From Podarcis vaucheri (taxonomy: Eukaryota): DNA of 64,000 bases. Below are positions 61,220 to 64,000 of the stretch, piece after piece. The stretch lies in assembly GCA_965113315.1 (NCBI GenBank), contig OZ220364.1. One strand, written 5' to 3'. The notes under the pieces are model-generated. The model saw only the letters and a program-made list of their open reading frames with translations, made no database searches and had not been told where the DNA came from. Position 1 is the stretch's first letter. Each line of letters starts with the position of its first letter. Made by a program: the position numbers and the translations under genes.

Positions 61220-62789
61220 GAATACTGAACCCTGGGTTCAAGTCCTTAGCCATCAAGTTCGTTGGCTAAACTTCGGCTAAGTTTCTATCAAACTGACTTT
61301 ACATGGTTGTTGTGATGATAAAATTGGTTACCGGCATGCACAATACCACAGCATTTTAGAGGGAAGGCAGGAGGCAAATAAGATAAATTTAAGCTGATAT
61401 ATAACACAGAGGACGCATCGTTTCTTCTCCAGAAAGGATACTTGGAGTTGTAAAGTAGACAGGACTTAATCTCCTCGCTTTGTTTTATTTAGTTGCCACT
61501 CTAGATTCCATCAGATCTGTATCCAGGAATCCTAAACTTATTTGCAATCTCTCTCTGGAATACCTGATCACAAGAAAAACACCTGGTTCACCACATACCT
61601 TTCCATGTGGTACAGAATATGGCAGAGACATGGTCCTTGCACAGAGAAGGTCGCAAGCGAAAAGCTGCGTGTCTACTTTGCTCAAGAGCAGGACGTGGAA
61701 GGAAGGGCTCGGGGTTTTTTTTCTACCTGGAAATGCAGAGACAGTGTAGGATAGCCAAATATTGCAAGTGCAGACCCCAAAGCAGCCACTGTACCAGTGA
61801 TTATGATGGGCTGCAGTGCGGATCCTCCTAAGGGTCAACTTATACATTATACACAGACAAGATTAAACCAACCCATCCTTCTATATGAACACTGGTGTGG
61901 ACACAACCTACAGAGGAAGTGAAACAAAGGTGACGTGAAGAAACATGGAGGAGGAATAAGGAAAAACATGGGGTTTTGAGACAATGAATCAAAATCCAAG
62001 CAAGGAATTCATGCCAGAAGAAAGGATTAAATTTGTGCAAACCAGCCCCTAACTGCTGAGTCCTTCCTGGAAGCTCCAGATTTTGGACATCAAAAGGCTC
62101 AGTGTTTCTAACATGGGTAACATAACAGGTCTTCTTGTGCCTCCATCTTTTCTATCACCTTCAGAGCTGCACACCTGTTTCTAAGCATTGAGAGACAAGA
62201 GCCCTTTTCACCAGGGCCAGCCGTTTCTTTTCCTGTCCGCAACGTACGTTGTAAACCGGGCCCCTGAATAATTCATAATCACCATTATGCCATGACGTGG
62301 TACTCAAAAGGCAAAGGAAGCAGCAACTTCACTGAAGCTAAGCAAGCCTGAGCTCTGGTCTGTGTCCTTGTGGAGGCAGATTTTGCATGCCGCTTCATAA
62401 AAACTGGGAAGGCTTCTTCCACAGGGCAAATTGTGGTTTGTCCTCATGTGGTTGGTCCTATGTGTTCAGTGCCATCCTGGCTGAAAAAGACACTCGGATC
62501 GCATGCATCAAGGATGGCTAACCTACGGCTGCTGTGGGACAACAACTTCCATCTTCTCAAACCACTGGCCATTCCAACTGAGGCTGATGGAAGCTGGAAT
62601 CCAAGATCATCTGGAGATCAACCACATTCCGGGCATAAACAATCCCTACTGGTACACATGTTCCTCAAGGAGTGAGTTGAGAGGGTGAAACTGAATGAGC
62701 CATCGCAGAACTCACTGCGCCTCTAACAAAATACTCTGTTCAGCTTTGAGACATCAAAGCCCTCTGTTGGGCATACGTCAGAGGATGGG

Positions 62790-62937
62790 GCATCACATGG
62801 CTCAGTCGGTAGAGCATGGGACTCTTAATCTCAGAGTTGTGGGTTCAAACCTCACGTTGGGCAAAAGATTCCTGCACTGCAGGGGGTTGGAGTAGATGAC
62901 CCTCAAGGTCCCTTCCAACTCTACAGTTCTATGATTC
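62790..62937 (+). mobile_element. short tRNA(Lys,CTT)-derived SINE with CR1-type tail
   Basis: tggctcagtcggtagagcatgggactcttaatctcag...ggttcaaacc head fused to attcctgcactgcagggggttgg...ttctatgattct. Confidence 0.82.
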
Positions 62938-64000
62938 TCTGCCCCCAATGTTGTATGGTGTTGTTACTCCTGACCCTAATGTTCACACTTTTAAGTGTGG
63001 ACATCTGCAAAGGAAAGTCCACTTGCAGAAACCTGTAAAACATACAGGCTTACCATGCATTCTAGAACCCAGCATGAAATCCAGAACACATGAAAACCTG
63101 TCTATGTGTGCAGGCTTTGCTTTCTGTGCTTTTTCGTGGCATCTGTAGCTGATATGTGGGGGCTGAGTGGGGGCTGCAGGCCCTTGCAGGGCAGGATGGC
63201 TTTGCAGCTTCTATGCTTGAAGGAGGTCAGTATGTTAAGTCATCAAGCGATGAGAAATCAAGCAACGTTACGTGCATGTGTGAACCAGCCTCCCTCCCCA
63301 CAATAATATGCTGGGGCAGACCGCAATCTCTTGTAACGGTGGAGAAAGGGGGCCACTCTTCAGAGTAACGTGCTACAAAATGCACGCAGAACATTGGATC
63401 TGACAGCTGCTCAGATCTCCTCCCCTCCTCTCTGCGACACAAAAAATCGGGAAAATCCAGGTGTATGGCAGCCCAAGTCGGCAGTTCCGTTTCCCCATAA
63501 AAATAGCTCAAAATTGCATTTTTTTACAAAAGCGATCTTGCCCAAAAAGCTCAACAGCTTTTCTGTCTGAATTTTCACTGCTTGAAATATGGCAACCCTA
63601 GACAAGACACAGCAGGCCTCCTCTGACTGCTGAGAGAGCAGAGGGAACTGCTGCATTTTTATACTCTTTGCAAGGACCGCCCTTGCCTGTCCCCTTCTGA
63701 CCTGTGACCTTGCTGACTGCAGGTTGCCCAGTGAGAAGGAGGCATCTTCTATAGAAGGGGAATCAGTTTTTCGCCCCAGCCTGCGGACAGTACTCCCTTC
63801 TGGGCAACCTTCCCCACATGCCAGTGGCGGGCAAGACCAGTGGGGTGGAGAAACAAATGTAAATTTTAAACTTTGGACAGTTGGCTTGCTTCTACAAGCA
63901 GAAGGCATTGTCACAGTTCAAGGACACAATACAGTCTCACAAAAACACTGGTTTTGTGTTTTGTGTGTGTGTTTTGCAAACTGGGGCCAGTGAGGGTTGT

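Noticed and set aside
62790-62863. tRNA-Lys-like sequence
   Set aside because: The acceptor stem is degenerate and it is fused to a CR1 tail, so it is a SINE head rather than a tRNA gene. The same applies to the tRNA-Ile-like heads at about 9640-9709 and 14855-14920.
54300-64000. Expected neighbour ATP5F1B and its intronic snoRNAs
   Set aside because: No ATP synthase beta peptide is visible in the ORF track or the sequence.

Overview
Vertebrate genomic DNA from a squamate reptile, most likely a lacertid lizard (Sauria SINEs, BovB, CR1-tailed tRNA SINEs, lizard-type Tc1/mariner and hAT MITEs). The window holds a complete minus-strand BAZ2A (TIP5, NoRC subunit) gene. I traced 28 coding exons from ATG 45274 to TGA 14292; all have GT-AG boundaries and consistent phases, giving about 1760 aa with MBD/TAM, AT-hooks, DDT, WHIM, PHD and bromodomain. 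The gene has a CpG-island promoter and non-coding exon 1 at about 52-53.5 kb and a 4.1-kb 3'UTR ending near 10150. Positions 1-8260 look like the long 3'UTR of a convergent plus-strand gene, probably RBMS2, but that call rests on remembered synteny only. The remainder is intronic or intergenic and rich in transposon remnants. Three observations stand out. First, Penelope-like retroelement remnants carry hammerhead-ribozyme cores inside BAZ2A introns, one caged in a perfect 41-bp inverted repeat within a (TA)n tract. Second, BAZ2A AT-hook 3 appears to have decayed through CpG mutation (RGRPR to WSRPW). Third, there is a nested SINE/PLE insertion with a triple target-site duplication. No prokaryote-type systems are present.
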